Assembly: GCA_964016885.1 (NCBI GenBank)
Contig: OZ024741.1
Span: forward strand, 294,872,001-294,936,000
Direction: 5' to 3'
From: Eledone cirrhosa
Lineage: Eukaryota
DNA length: 64,000 nucleotides
The position numbers and the translations under genes are program-made. Below, piece after piece: positions 39,081-53,107 of the stretch (positions are counted from its first letter, which is position 1; every line of letters begins with the position of its first letter). Below the pieces are notes generated by a model that ran no database searches, had not been told where the DNA came from, and worked only from the letters and a program-made list of their open reading frames with translations.

Positions 39081-40939
39081 CCGTTATCAATAATGATAAT
39101 ACTGTAATACTGACTATGAAGAGAGGAATAGGGGAAATTTGACAAAATATCAAAATATTTCCAGTTGAGCTATATTCTCTTTCATATTGATTTAATATAT
39201 AAGTATAAATAAATAAATAAAAATAAATAATGTTATAATTCATGAGTACAAACAATAAGTATTTACTTTTCATACGTTCTTCTGTGTATGTGTGTGATAA
39301 GTATTTATATTTGGTGTTAGGTATTGTTTATTTCTTGGTGTAGATTGAGGTATTTCAAAATGTTTTTTGAGGGTGGTGAGTGTTTTAAAGGTGTGTATAT
39401 ATATATATATATGTGTGTGTGTGTCAATTCATTGTGTAGTTCAGTACAAATGTTATACTTCAAAATGTTTTTTGAGGGTGGTGAGTGTTTTAAAGGTGTG
39501 TGTGTGTATATATATATACCAAATCCTTGTTTAGTTTTAAAGGCGTGTGTGTGTATATATATATACCAAATCCTTGTTTAGTTCAATGAGAATATCGCTG
39601 GTGTAAATTATATTGATAGTTCATTGTTGATATATTTATCTAATTTCATCTTGTTGTTCCTAATTTTAAAGATGTGAGAAATCGCGTTGAAGAAGAGATT
39701 AAATAGGTTGTTCAGCTATAGAGAATTCCCCTCATCACTGAAAAGTATCATCATATTCTTTTTTCTCTTCTGCTTCAACTGTTTTATTTTTTTCTATGAT
39801 TCCCTACACTTATATACTTTCAACTAAGCTGCATACTCTTCCAAGGGCTTCAAATTATGAGAAGATTATTGTATATATTCACTCATAAATCAGACCTCCA
39901 TTTTGCATACAACATTTACAGTGCACCATATGTTTTAAATTCTGGTTTTGTAGGTTCAGTAGACAAGCTGCATGCTGGTTTTAGAAATTGTATTTTTGTG
40001 GTGAAAGCTGCAGCATATACATGAATATATACAGTATATTATCAAACTCTCTCTCTCTCTTTCTCTACCCCCCCCCCTCTCTCAATATGTTATAATCAAA
40101 ATTTGCTTGTCAAATGTCTGTTTCAATGTTAATAATGTACAAAATATGATTTTACAGAATGACTATAAGTTGGATGATAATGTTTCAATTTATTAATTAA
40201 GAAATGAAAGCTGAAGACAATATTTAACTGTATCATACAATTCCTTCAATAGTGGTTACATTGTAGTGATGATACTTTAAGATTTTTGTCTGTAATTCAA
40301 TTTTCTTTATAATTTGCCACAATAAATGGTACTGAGATTCCTTTGATGACACCAAGCTGCAACAATCTTTAACAATTACCTTTACTCCTACTGTTAATTT
40401 CATTAACAACATATTGTTACTTTTTATTATGCCTATGTTTTTTGATAATATCAGCAATTGTCTTGGAAGCAGTTCTACTGTTTATAATATTCTCTATGCA
40501 CAGCTTATCTGCTTCAGTACTTACTGCATTGAAATGTTTAGTGTCCCTAACATCACCTCATGTCTTCTATAAGCATTAAGTATTTCATTGATTTTTTTTT
40601 TTTAAGAATAAACATGACCTTCCTTATTATTTCATTTTTATTTCTTTTATATTAGTTATTCTCATAGAGAAGTCGCAACTCTTTTCTAAAAGATCAGGTG
40701 CAAAACGTAACTATTGAACCAGGCTCTGAGTTCAAAATATTATAAGCACAAAGGGAGTGTGATTCATATATGAGTATATATAGTATTTGTTGTTTTTTGG
40801 TGATTTTGTTTGTTTGATGTATACAATAGATTTTTGTTGAAGTCCTTTTCAGTGATATATCAATAACACAAGTTGGTTCACAGCATCTGAAAATAATGGA
40901 GTGGATAGATTTCTAAAATTTGGTCCTCAGCCATATAAG

Positions 40940-41160
40940 GGTTTATGATTTAGGCACAAAGCCAACAACTTTGAGGGAGTGGAAAGTCAATTAAATTGAT
41001 CCCAGTGCATTACTGGTACTTTATTTTATTAATCTAGTTAGAATGAAAGGCAAAGCTAACTTTGGCGGGATTTGAACTCAAAACGTAAAAGGATATAATT
41101 ATATGCCACAAAGTATGTTGTCCAATGCACTACTAATACTGCCAATCTTCTACCCGCCTC
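40940..41160 (-). mobile_element. Nin/Deu-like SINE
   Basis: Same family as 62261-62456. Confidence 0.75.
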
Positions 41161-44100
41161 AGGCATATAATGCTATCAATAATTTAAGTCCCATTTTATT
41201 TTCAGAATTTCTTTTCATTTCAGAAAAGTTCCCATCATTAGCATTTTCTTTTTATGTACACTTGTTTCTGGGGCGACATCTGAATACATCATGCCATGAC
41301 TCTCATTATACAAATGATCTCACACTAATGGTTGATACTTTTATATTTCTATACATAAACAGTTTGGTTATTAGGTCATCCATTTATTTTGATAAAATAA
41401 GCACCAAATTTGAAATAAGTACTGGGATCAATATCATTCACATAAAACCCTTGAAGATAGATCACACTATGGCTACAGTCTAATGACAAAAGTCAGTAAA
41501 AGAATAGAAGAATTATGTTTAGTTGTATGAAAAATATCTTTTCGACATGAGCTAAAGAAACCTACAAAACTATCTCTTTTGTTGCTCTTATGTTTTACTG
41601 TAAATCTTGCATGTTTTACCAATTAATTCTACTCCAAATTCAACTAATTCACAGTGCCACTTCATTTTATTTTACTTATTACAATGCATTATTACTATTT
41701 TCAATTTCTAGTCACAATATCTACATTTAGTGATTCCTAACTACTTTAATTTGTTGGAACTCGAATTTAAATCTTCTCTTAATTGTTCTGCTATTATTCT
41801 CAGTGAAATAATGGCAAATTGTCAGTGTCTTTATCGCATTCGAGAAGGCATGTGGCTTCGCAATTGTGAGGTTGTAAGTTTGATTCCTTGGCTAAGTGAT
41901 GCATTATGTCCTTGGCCAAGAAACCCTATTTCATGTTGCTCTTTCTGCCAGGAGTTACAGCTGGTAGAGACTATCAGCAAGTGGAAAACCAATAGAAATA
42001 TAGTTACTTTGGTCCAAACCCATGATCAACTTCTTTCCTTTCTTTCTTTATTCTCAGTGAAATGAATTTCTACAAAATTCTATTTATTGACCTTCCTAAG
42101 AGGGAAAGTGGATTTTAAATAATGATGATAGTGACGATGACAATGATGACCATGATGACAGTCACAATATGTCATGTTCAAGACTCTCCCTTCCCCTCCT
42201 AAAAATTCAGCTGCTCAATTGATAAAGCATCATACCAGCATGAATGTCCTTGGGGGCTAAACCTTTTTTCTGCAGATACTTGATAACACCACAATGCCAA
42301 ATTTTGTCCATTTTCAAAAGAAGTCACTACTAGTTACTTTGAAGTTTTCTTTGAACAGTCAGATATTATTTTACTTGGAAAAAGAATCATTGCAGTTATT
42401 AATAAGAAGAGTTGAAATTAATGCATGCAAGATTTCACAGCTCTAATATCACTCCTTCATAGTCAGCCTATTAACTTTTCAGCACACTCTCATATATTTC
42501 ATTCTTCAGTATGGTTTCTACGTCTGAATGTCCATCCTAATACCAACCACTTTACAGTGTGTATTGAATCCATTTTATCATGGCACCAGCATTATAGAGG
42601 TTGTTATGTCTTCAGCATGTCCCTTTGAGCCTATGTTTTCTCCACTCAATTGTCAACCACTTTACTTATGGGTAACTAAAAGAGTTAGCTCAAAAAGGGC
42701 ATTTATCTATAAAACTCTACCTTAGAAAGTCCCATATACAACTCTTGCCCACATTGGAAGGTGTTCATAAAGCTTATAATGATGTACAAACAAGAGTATG
42801 TATAACCACAGCATTTGGAAAAGTGTATTTAGCTCCCTCTGTCTGTGTGACTGTACTTATATCTATAAATGTACTTATATCTAGAATTAGTTTGTATTTA
42901 TATCTATAAATGTATAAACAGATCACTGAAAACATCGTTTCTAAAAATATGACCAATATGCTAAAAAAGCAACAGCAAAATAAAATAAAACTGAAATGTT
43001 TACTTCTATGAAACATTCATCTATTTAGAAAGTGAAACATTTTTCTATTTCTAAATAGATTTCTTCTTTGTTCAGTTCCTTTTTTTTTCTTTTTTTTTTT
43101 TCTCTAATTTCTCAATACTTTAAATTGCAGTATTTATTAGATATATGGACATACAGTTGTAGGGCATAGGTAGAAAAGTATTTTTCAAAATCTAAGAATT
43201 ATATTTTCAGTAAATCTGATTAAGTCAAAATTTATTCAGAGAGAAAATTCAACTTCGTATGGAGGAATATTTTTTAGTACTTTTTTTTTGTTTTTGTTAA
43301 ATTTTTAATCTCCTTTTGTTCTGCTAAATAGAATGTTCTAGGCATCATTATTCAGCATTATAATTATCTATTTATTTTATGATTAATAATTAGAGTAAGT
43401 AGTACCAACATTAACTGCAATTTACTGTTTGTAAAATTTCGGTTTTAAATATATATTAAACATTTAGAAAGAATTTCAATTATTTAAAATACAATAAAAT
43501 GCAATAAAAAGATTTTTAATCTCTAAGTCAAGCCATTTTATTTCTTGGGAATTTAACAGATGTCTTAATTCTTATTTCATTCACTCATATTTTTCTGCAG
43601 CCTTGATTATGAAAGAAGCTATGAGTACTTATTCCTCATTCAAACAAAGAAAAAAATGGATTGACAAACTAGAAATTTATTTACACTAATAACTGTCTTT
43701 ATCTTTTCCTAGGCCATATTTTTGTTTGCACTCAAACAGCCTACAGTGTTCATTCTTTGAGAATTTTTTCTTGAAACTTCTAAATTCATTATATATGATA
43801 TAACCGCATATAATTATTGCTGAAACTCACTAGGGTCAACAGTGCCTTCCAATAAAATACCATATATAATTGTTAATAAGTCACAACCTTTTACTGAAAA
43901 AATTGGATATTAAAAGCCACATGGGACTTACCTATGGAGTGCTGTTCTGGGTTTAAAATATTAAGTAATTAAGCCAACGCTAAAATATTATAATTACAAA
44001 AGGAGTGTGGCTTATCCACAGCTGCAACTAATATATGAGTTATCATCGCCATCATCATCATAGGGTTGAAAAATGTGAACTTCTATCTATGTTATGAATC

Positions 44101-44282
44101 ATTACTGTCAAAATAAGTAAGATAAGTACTGTAGTACAGGTTATGCTGCTATACTAATGATATAAGCAACAGGATAGGACAAGCATGGTGTGGAAATATA
44201 ACATAACCACAAAAACAAAAGTTAGATTATTCAAATCTATAGTGGAATCAATCTTACTGTATTTCTGTGAATCATGGTTCAT

Positions 44283-44680
44283 GACAATACCTATCACCAA
44301 AGCTTTAGATGGTTGCTACAGCTGAATGCTAAGAAGGATAAAAAACATCAAACCTCTCAAACAAAATTCTCTATAGCAATTTCCTTCCCATTAGCCATAC
44401 CATCCAAATCAGGCATCTTCAACTTGCAGGTCATGTCATGAGAGGCAACAAACCTGCTACAAAACTTTTATTATGGGAGTCCACTAATATGAAACACAAA
44501 TGCAGAATACCTCTTAAGACATTAAAGAGGTCATTGAGAAAGACACTGAATTATCCAGTAAAGGTCTGAGACAGTTACAGTTGGACTGTGTGAGGTGGAA
44601 ATGTTTTATCATATCGCCACAAAGAAGAAGTAGTAGTAGTAGTAGTAGTAGGAGTAGTAGTAGTAGTAGTAGTAGTAGTT
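44283..44680 (+). pseudogene. Old RTE 3' fragment ending in an (AGT)n tail
   Basis: LDGCY..MLR, LQLAGHVMR, LLLWE remnants. (AGT)n at 44629-44679. Confidence 0.75.
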
Positions 44681-45349
44681 ATGAATACATTTTCTTGTGT
44701 CTCTAACTTTAGATTGAAGTCAATGGTTGTTAGTTCACTGTAAGTGGTGTTTGAACTAGAGAGTATAAGACTTCAAATTAGATGGGGTAAGGTATTTGTG
44801 TCATCTATCTTTTTTGTTTTCACTATTTCTCTCCTTATATATATCTTCTTTGGTTTTTCTTGATTATGTTTCAAAAAAACTATTTGTATAACCTCTTCTC
44901 TGATATTCAAAATACTATGTAGCAACTGTAGTAGCTAGCATAGGAACAAATCTTGCACTCTAGACATTTCTAACCTATAAGACTATGAGAAAATAGATAA
45001 TAAATGAAGCAATGGTGATGATGAACATGATGATAGATATTGAAGTAGTTGATTTTCAGAATTTCAGTTCCTGTACAAAATAACCTAATTGACCTAAATA
45101 ATATTAATTACTTGGTTGGTGGACTTAGTTGATGGACTAATTGGATTAATGGAAGCAAATTCATGTGAATTAATCACTCCAGACATAAATCATTGGCGAC
45201 TCATCTAATACAGCAAGCCAACATCAAGTTAGCATTTGAAAATAGAAGTCTTCAAGACAAATAGTATAAAAATTAGAATTTAATCATCTTCATATTTCTT
45301 CCTCATAATGTTTTAATTCTATTTAAATCATATTATATATTCTAAAGTC

Positions 45350-45615
45350 TGTCTTGAATCTGGAGGCTCATCAGGCCAGTGCTTATCCCATCACTTGAAG
45401 CATCTGAGACGACAAGACTCATCCCTGGAGAGGATATTTGCCAATTGCAGGGTTAAACCCCCAACTTTTGCTGTTACTCATTTTCAGCTGAGTATACTGG
45501 AGCAATATGAAATAAAGTGTTTTGCTCAAGAAACAGCTCTAAGCCTAGTCCAGTAATCAAACCCTTGACATTATAATTGTAAGTCCAACACCTTTACCAC
45601 CAAGGCCATGCACCT
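45350..45615 (-). mobile_element. Diverged tRNA-head SINE (third tail type; related copy at 47925-48190)
   Basis: cattttcagctgagtatactggagcaa..tgaaat.aagtgttttgctcaagaa core on the minus strand. Confidence 0.7.
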
Positions 45616-46307
45616 AGGGTAGAATTACCCAGGTAACAAGTCAGAAGAGAGATGACATAAAAAGCAAAAATTGGGAGAAGGAAGAAAATTAAAAAAATAA
45701 AAGAATGACTGAAAGTTTCTGTAACACTTTATTAATCCCAAAACCTTTTCAAATTTACCATCCATTACCAAGTTGAGATCCATAGGGGTTGTGTAGAGGG
45801 TTTTGGAAAAATCAGAGATTTCCTTCCTAGTATCTGATTTTATATGTGTCTAGTTATTGTTTAGCATCATTGTGCAATATTTAATTTCATTGTTTGCTAT
45901 AGCTGCTTGCAGTGATTGGATAACAGAATTTTTACAATAGACTTTACAATTGTCAATATAGCTGATCAAACAAGGGAAACAAATGTAAACAAAATGATAA
46001 ATATTATTATAAAATATTGGTATCTTTTGTGTTGGGAGGAGAATTCTTTCACCATAACTTTCAGTCCATCAAAGCCTTGTAATTATTACCTGACTCTTGG
46101 GTGCTTTTATTGGTGTCCATTCTGTTACAAGTATTCAGGTTTCAGGTCCTACCTCACCAGTCACAAACTCCATTGAAAAGGTCATGAGGAGTTGCCCTTC
46201 CTTCTCTGACTAATCCATAAATAAAATAAAAAGTTAAACCTGAATTGTAGCTAACAACTATCATATATACTCAGAAATTTAAGTTTAGATCTCTACAATA
46301 TTCATTG

Positions 46308-46520
46308 GATTTAAACGTCCATATAGAGTTAGTCAGCCATGGCAGACGAGGGGAGTATCCAGTACTTCTTACAGTTGCGAATCAAAAATCAAGGTATACA
46401 AAGATAAGTGAATATAAAAATGAAATTTAAAAATAAAAATTAAAAAATAAAATGAAAAAATTTAAACAAGGAAGGCCAGCGGGAGGCAATAAAAAAGATA
46501 GAGAACAAATGAGAAGCAAG
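46308..46520 (-). repeat. Dispersed repeat, probable LINE 3'UTR (second copy 62750-62960 ends in (TAAA)n on the minus strand)
   Basis: atttaaacgtc..atagag.tagt.agccat..cagac.aggg.agtatc.agtactt is shared by both loci. Confidence 0.7.
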
Positions 46521-47355
46521 GAAAACTGTAATATAGCAAATGATAAAAAGGAAATTTTCAATTACTGTTTTTAAAATTATGGTTTCAGCTTTATAGTACA
46601 AAACTTTATTGCACTTATTTCATCATCATCATTATCATGATCACCATTTAGCGTCCATTTTTCCTTGCTTGCATGAGTTAGACAGGTTGTTCACATTAGG
46701 AGACAAGTCTGGCCAGAAATGGCCATGGCCATACCTTGCTCTGATGAGGAGTGTAAATTTGGCTGAGGATTTTACAGCTGAATGCCCTTCCTAACACCAA
46801 TCACATTTACAGTATGGAACTGGATAGCACCGTTAGGAAGGACAGGCCAGTTGACCGTGCCAAACCCATTTCACAGTATAACCCTAGTTTTGGAGTTCAG
46901 TACTGGGTAACACCGCTATACTTATGAATATCAAATGATAAACTGGTACCAGTATTAGAATTGAATAGTCAGTCAATGAGATTCATACAAATCATGAAGT
47001 TTAAAATGGTAGAAAGAAAATAAATTAGAGTTTTAATAAACAATATAGGTCAACTTCAAATTTTAGATTGTATTTATTTATAATTGAAAAAATATATGAA
47101 CAAATCCAGCATCAGCAAGTTTACATTCTGAGTAAGTGAAAATTAAACCTCCTAGGGTTAAATGTACCACAGACTGGGAACTACTCACCTAGTTATTATC
47201 TGTGAGTAAAGCTTGTCTATTATTTTCAAATTACAGTCAATAGTGTATATAGAGAAATAGACTCCACCAGACAGTTAAACTTGAATCTTTCCAAACAGCA
47301 TAAAGAGTGTTTCAGGACATTTTCCTTTATATCAAATGTAAATTATCATGAAATT

Positions 47356-47499
47356 ATTTGACGTATAGAGTTACGGCCCTTTCTATTCTGAGTTCAAATC
47401 CCGCCAAGGTTAACTTTGCCTTTCATCCTTACGAGGTCGATAAAATAAAGTACCAGTAATGCACTGGGTAATTGCTGGCCTTGTGCCAAAAGTAGAAAC
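47356..47499 (+). mobile_element. 5'-truncated Nin/Deu-like SINE with 15-bp TSD
   Basis: TSD AATTATCATGAAATT at 47341-47355 and 47500-47514. Confidence 0.85.
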
Positions 47500-49236
47500 A
47501 ATTATCATGAAATTCTGTTTCTAGTTTCAGTAGTTGGACAGTGGCCATGTTGGGGCACCACCAAGGGTTTAGATTAACATATTGATCATAGTACTTATTT
47601 TATCAATCACTGCGTGTCGAACTGAAAAGTTATGGAGCATAAACATATATCACTAGTTGATATAAACACAAACACATGTGATCCCCCACCATCACCACAT
47701 TTTCAGTCTAGAGAATCTCACTCACAATGAATTAATTAATCCAAGGCTATAAGTTAAGATACTATGCAGTGGGATGGACCAAACCTGAAACCATGTGATT
47801 ATAAAGCAACCTTCTTAACTGTACACCCATGTCTGTACCTTATATATTTATAAATGTTCTAAGGAAGCAAAACCTTTAATTGCTGTTTACATTGAGAATC
47901 AAACTACACTTACTGTCTACCTCAAGCCAAGAGGCTTGTCATACCATTGCTTATCCCGGTTTTGTGGTGTGAAGCGACTGGGAGTACAAGACTCCCCACT
48001 GGACAGGATGCCAGTCCATTGCAGGATTAAACTACCAGTTACTGCTGGTACCCATTTTCAGCTGCGTATACTGAAGCAACGTGAAATGAAGTGTTTTGCT
48101 CAAGAACACAACACACAACTCAGCCCAGGAATTTAACCCATGGCATTATGATCATAAGTGCAAATACCCTTATCACTAGGCTCTGCACTTACTGTCTTAC
48201 TTATAAAACTTGTGATATTAAACTTTCAGTTACTCTTTCAATCATCACAACTTTTATAAGCATGAAAGCTCAATTTGCAATACTGTACACTTGGCACAGT
48301 CTTTGCTGTTATGCAGTTAACAGCCTACACAATGTTATTTGTTGAAATGGGGGAAATAAAAACACCATAATCATTATTGTCAACACCTGTTTTTCAGCAT
48401 TGTCTTGAATGGTACAATTCTGCACATGGCCACATTTTGGCACCATTCCAAACCTATCTTTTACTTGCTTTACATCTGACCATATTAGTGAGTTTAAAAT
48501 TCTTTATTCTGGAGAATATTTCATTTTATTGCTTGATACTCCACTTCCCTTCATTGAACTATACATTGAGGGAGAGAGAGAGAGAGAGAGAGTGAAACAG
48601 GGAGAGAACAGAGAGTGATGAAACTGAGATAGACAGATAGGTGTGAGGAAATAAAGCTAAAATGAATTACGACATAAATATCATAAAAAGTATATCTAAC
48701 TTATCATGATAATAATAATAATAATCTTCATTACAACTTATGAAACAAAAGAATTTTGGGTGTTACTTTTCTGATGCATAAAAGTTATTATTGAATGAAT
48801 GTCGTATCTTTAGAGAAACATATTTTCACTTGTGTGGTGAGATCTGTTTGTATATGAGTGTGTGTATACGTTTAATAGAAACAAGTTTGTCAAAAACATA
48901 TCAACCTCCCTATTACTGGTGCCATGATAAAACATATGCAGCACATTCTGTAGAATACAGAACATATGCAGCTGCTGGTCCATCTGAAAAGTCTGTGGCT
49001 CGAGCTAAGTATGGGTGTTAAATGATGGTGATATATATATATCAGGATTGAACCGGTTTTAAACTATTTAGACCATTATTCACCAGAATACTAAATACTT
49101 ATGATAGTAGAATATGACTATATTAGAAAGAGACTGGATGCTCTTCTTAATACCAACCATATTTACAGAGTGTACTGAGTGCTTTTTGTCATGGCACTTA
49201 CACAACCACTTTACAGTGTAGGCTGAGCACTCTCCT

Positions 49237-49410
49237 GCCCCCCCCCCTTTTTTTTCTCCCATCTACCTACCCCCCTCTACCCACCCATCCTCTCCCCCTC
49301 TACCCACCCACCCTCTACCCATCTACCCACCACCCTCTCTCCCCTCTACCCACCCCTCTCACCCTCTACCCACCCCCTCTCTCTTCCCTCTCCCTCACCC
49401 ACCCACCCTC
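49237..49410. repeat. C-rich low-complexity repeat (cccctctacccac-like)
   Basis: Directly visible; G-run-rich on the minus strand. Confidence 0.85.
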
Positions 49411-49809
49411 TCTGTGCATATACACATATATAGATTATCAACACAGATGCTAGTTAAGTGGGGAAGATCATTGTTTGAATAAACAGCATGCTTATGAATT
49501 TACAGATATCCAATATCGAATATTTCTAGCCATGCATTGTATATATATTTACTATTTAATATTCATAAACAAAATTTTATCTACAACTTTAATTTATACA
49601 ATACATCTCTTTATTGATAAACAGGATGAGATGAATCTTAAATACCATTGAAGGAAAAGACACTTAAGATGTAATTCTCTTAGGAAATATATTTACATAC
49701 CTAAGAAGTGTCTGCCTCTCCTATATATATGAAAATAAATCTATGTGTATATGTGTATAGTCATATACTTATTATCATCATGTCATCATAATCGTTTTTA
49801 TGTCCAATT

Positions 49810-50006
49810 TTCCATGTTATATATATATATTATCATTGTTTTCCGTCCACCACTCTATAGTGACATGGATGGGATGGTTTGAGAAAATGTTTTGAGGAAT
49901 GGCATCTGGCTTTAAACATTTAACATTTTCTTAAACCATCCCATCTATGTCACTATAGAGTGGTGGACGGAAAACAATGTTAATGATATATATATATAAC
50001 ATGGAA
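49810..50006. repeat. Inverted duplication (~82-bp arms, ~30-bp spacer) of an RTE-type 3' tail
   Basis: 49810-49891 is the reverse complement of 49922-50006. Confidence 0.88.
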
Positions 50007-50899
50007 TCTAAAAACTGGTATAGACATGCCCATATATATATATAAGACCAAGGATACTTAGCACCTTTGTGCTGTAATGAGATAGTGCTGGTGCCATGAC
50101 AATCATTCAGTTCACCCTATAGTGTAGTAGTGCTGGTGGAATGACAAAAAGCACCCAGTCCATCCTGTAAGGTAGTATGCTGGTGCCATGACAAAAAGTC
50201 CCTAGTTCACCCTGTAAGATGGCAGTGCTGAAATCACAATAAAATGCTTCCATCCCGTGATGTAAAGTGCATTAGGAAGGGCATCCATCTATAGAAACCA
50301 AAAGTTTGGGAGGAAAATCTCTCTAGTGCTGGTGTCATAATAAGATACACTTGGTAGAGCATGGAACAGCAAGGTTAGTAGCCTTACTTAAGTACTGACA
50401 CAGTCAGTGAAAGTTCATCAAACCCTTACTAGCAGAGAAAATGGACATTAAATGATGATGATGTGTATGTGTGTTTGAAGGTGCATGGATTAGTGGTTAG
50501 AGCATTGAACTTACAATTGCCAGGGTGTGTGAGCAATTTCTGGACTAGGCAGTGCATCCTTGAGTAAAATACTTTTTCACATTACTCCAGTTTACTCAGC
50601 TGTAGAAATGAGTTGTAATGTCACTGGTGTCAATATTAGTGGTGTGGAGAGAGGGGGCTGGTATGCATGGGTGACTGCTGGTCTTCCACAAAAAGTTGTT
50701 CCAGCTTTGTGCCTCAGAGGGGAACAAAGGGAGTCTCTCTCTCTCTATGTCTAACCCATGCTAGCGTGAAAGAACGGACGTAAAACGGTGATGATGATGA
50801 TGATGATATAAGGAAGACCAGGAACACATAAACCACTATTCTGTTGCAAGTAACACCTTCAGGGTTGTTATCAGCATTAAAAATAAAAACGTAGGTGAT

Positions 50900-51177
50900 C
50901 TACCAGCAATGCTCTATGCCCAAACAAATACACATAACAAATACACATAAACAGAAATCACCAGTTCCCTGACACCCCTATAAAGATCGATGGGAAGACT
51001 ATCAAGTACATAAAATTGTTCACATAGCCTGGCTGTTAGGTGAAATCAAATACATCTGTGACAAACCAATAAATCGTATAGGGAAAGCTATGAGTACATT
51101 GGGTAAACAGTCATGGGCATAAAACTAGACACCTGGACCAGTCTATAAAGCTGTCATACTGAACACACTCTTATATG
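50900..51177 (+). pseudogene. Highly degraded RTE-BovB RT C-terminal relic
   Basis: Remnants of PIKIDGK, RIGKA and VYKAVILNTLLY. Confidence 0.5.
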
Positions 51178-51924
51178 TATACACACAAACAGGCACACAC
51201 ACACACACGCGTGTGTGCATACATAAACACTCATGTGCACACATACACATAAATCATTAATATTTAACTCAAATTAAGTGAGCAAGTTTGCAAAAAAGTA
51301 ATAAAAATAAGAAAATATTCAAATGTAAAAAGTGAGAAAAACATCTAAAAAGATGTAAAAATTGATCTTTCAAAATTTATGTTATTTTTTTAAAATAAAC
51401 ATATTTAAAAGTGACTATGTATTTCAAATAACATAAATATAAATAAATAAGTCTAAAATAATTATTTCAACCAATATATCGATATCGAACCCTATTCAAT
51501 TTATGAATGACAAATTATGTTAAACCATTGCAATAAACATTGGTTTGGTTAGAATAAAGTTGTTTATAATAAACAAAATGTCTAAATTAACTCGAGTGGG
51601 AAGTGTGAAATGATGGAAATGTTTTAATTTTAATTCTGGTTATTCATGTGTATATTCTGTGACAATATTTTTTGTATCTATTTTTAAAAAGTTTTACTGA
51701 AGAAAAATTAGAAAAGCAGTAACATTGTGGTATAGCCATTTTGGTCATTCATTAATGCCATAAAGATTGTTCAATTCACTATATTTCTTGATGTCAAGAT
51801 TTGTGTCCCATTGTCACACTGTTAGCAACTCACTGACATAGTTCTGAGATTTCTAATCAGTCAAAATTCTAAATATTTTTTCTGGATTTCTTATGAGACA
51901 TTTTTATTATTATAATAGTATTAG

Positions 51925-52098
51925 TAAAGCATAAGACACCATGCTTTGCAGCATCAAATTATGGCCCTTTATGTTCTGAGTTCAAATTCTGCCAAAGTTA
52001 ACTTTGCCTTTCATACTAATGGGGTCAATAAAATAAAGCACCAGTAATGCGCTGGGGTAATTGCTGGCCTTGTGCCAAAAGTAGAAATAATTATTATA
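51925..52098 (+). mobile_element. Nin/Deu-like SINE
   Basis: Same family as 62261-62456. Confidence 0.78.
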
Positions 52099-52910
52099 AA
52101 CTTATATATTCGGACTAGTGTCTGCATCATCGTTGTTATAATCATGCAGTCTTGTAGGCCCTTGCCTGCCATCATTAGTAATTTTCTCGGAATTTCAAAC
52201 CAAGCCCTTTATTCAAACCAAACCTTATATTCAAACCACAGGGTAGATGTTTCTCGTGCTGCTCTCCCTACCTGACATATGAATTAGTTGCTGTAATATC
52301 ACTTTCTTATTCCACTTAAACTAGAATGTGTGTAGATAGAGTATTCTAAGGATTGAACCAAGAAGAGGCACCTGAAAACGTCTAGAGGTTTCAATGGCCG
52401 AAACTTTGTAATTATAACAACTTAGGTGAGAACCCTTAGCCAAATAAATCAGTTTATAATGACTGCCAAGATATATAAAAGCTGCTATAAAATCTTTTAG
52501 GTGACATCCATTACTTTCAATTGAAAATGTTATATGATTATAAACACTTCACCATTATTGTTGATAGGTTAATACTTTCATTAACCTTTGGGTGTCAATG
52601 AAAGGATTAAACTTTCTATGATAATACGTTAAAATGCATAAATCTTAGAGGGAAGACAGATCTTTTCTGGAATCATAGCTAACTTATCCCAAACTGTTTA
52701 ATATCTATTCTCTGAGATTACCATAAAGACAGGCAGCATATTAGCAGAGTTGTTAGAGTGTTGAACAAAATGCTTTACAGTATTTGTTTTGGCTCTATGC
52801 ATACTGTGTTCAAATCTTGCCAAGATCATCCTTTTGGGTCAGTAAAGTAAATTGTTAAAACTTCTGAGAAGATAAGTGAGTTTGTTTTGAAACAGCGAGT
52901 GAGTTTGCAA

Positions 52911-53107
52911 ATAGAAATAGAAGCTTTTGCCATATTTTTGTCAAAATAAATCTTAGCCTGACAGTGGGGTTTAGAATCCTCTAAGAAATGGAAAAAGATG
53001 AATATTGACATATAACTCATCTTTTTCCATTTCTTAGAGGGTTCTAAACCCCACTATCAGACTAAAATTTCTTTAGTAAAAAATACAGCAAAAGTTTCTA
53101 TTTTTAT
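52911..53107. repeat. Palindrome/MITE-like hairpin, ~90-bp arms and 15-bp loop
   Basis: 52911-53001 is the reverse complement of 53017-53107; the inner ~40 bp are nearly perfect. Confidence 0.85.

Noticed and set aside
39350-39585. Local tandem duplications around GT/TA microsatellites
   Set aside because: Ordinary slippage-type duplications with no further structure.
34718-43760. Possible host-gene exons (34718-34837 minus; 38078-38127, 38487-38567, 42276-42415 plus)
   Set aside because: Splice-like signals exist, but there is no recognisable protein or consistent chain; RNA-seq or homology is needed.
46336-46398. gccATGG Kozak start with a short ORF and GT, suggesting a first exon
   Set aside because: It lies in a dispersed repeat whose second copy (62770-62850) lacks the ATG.
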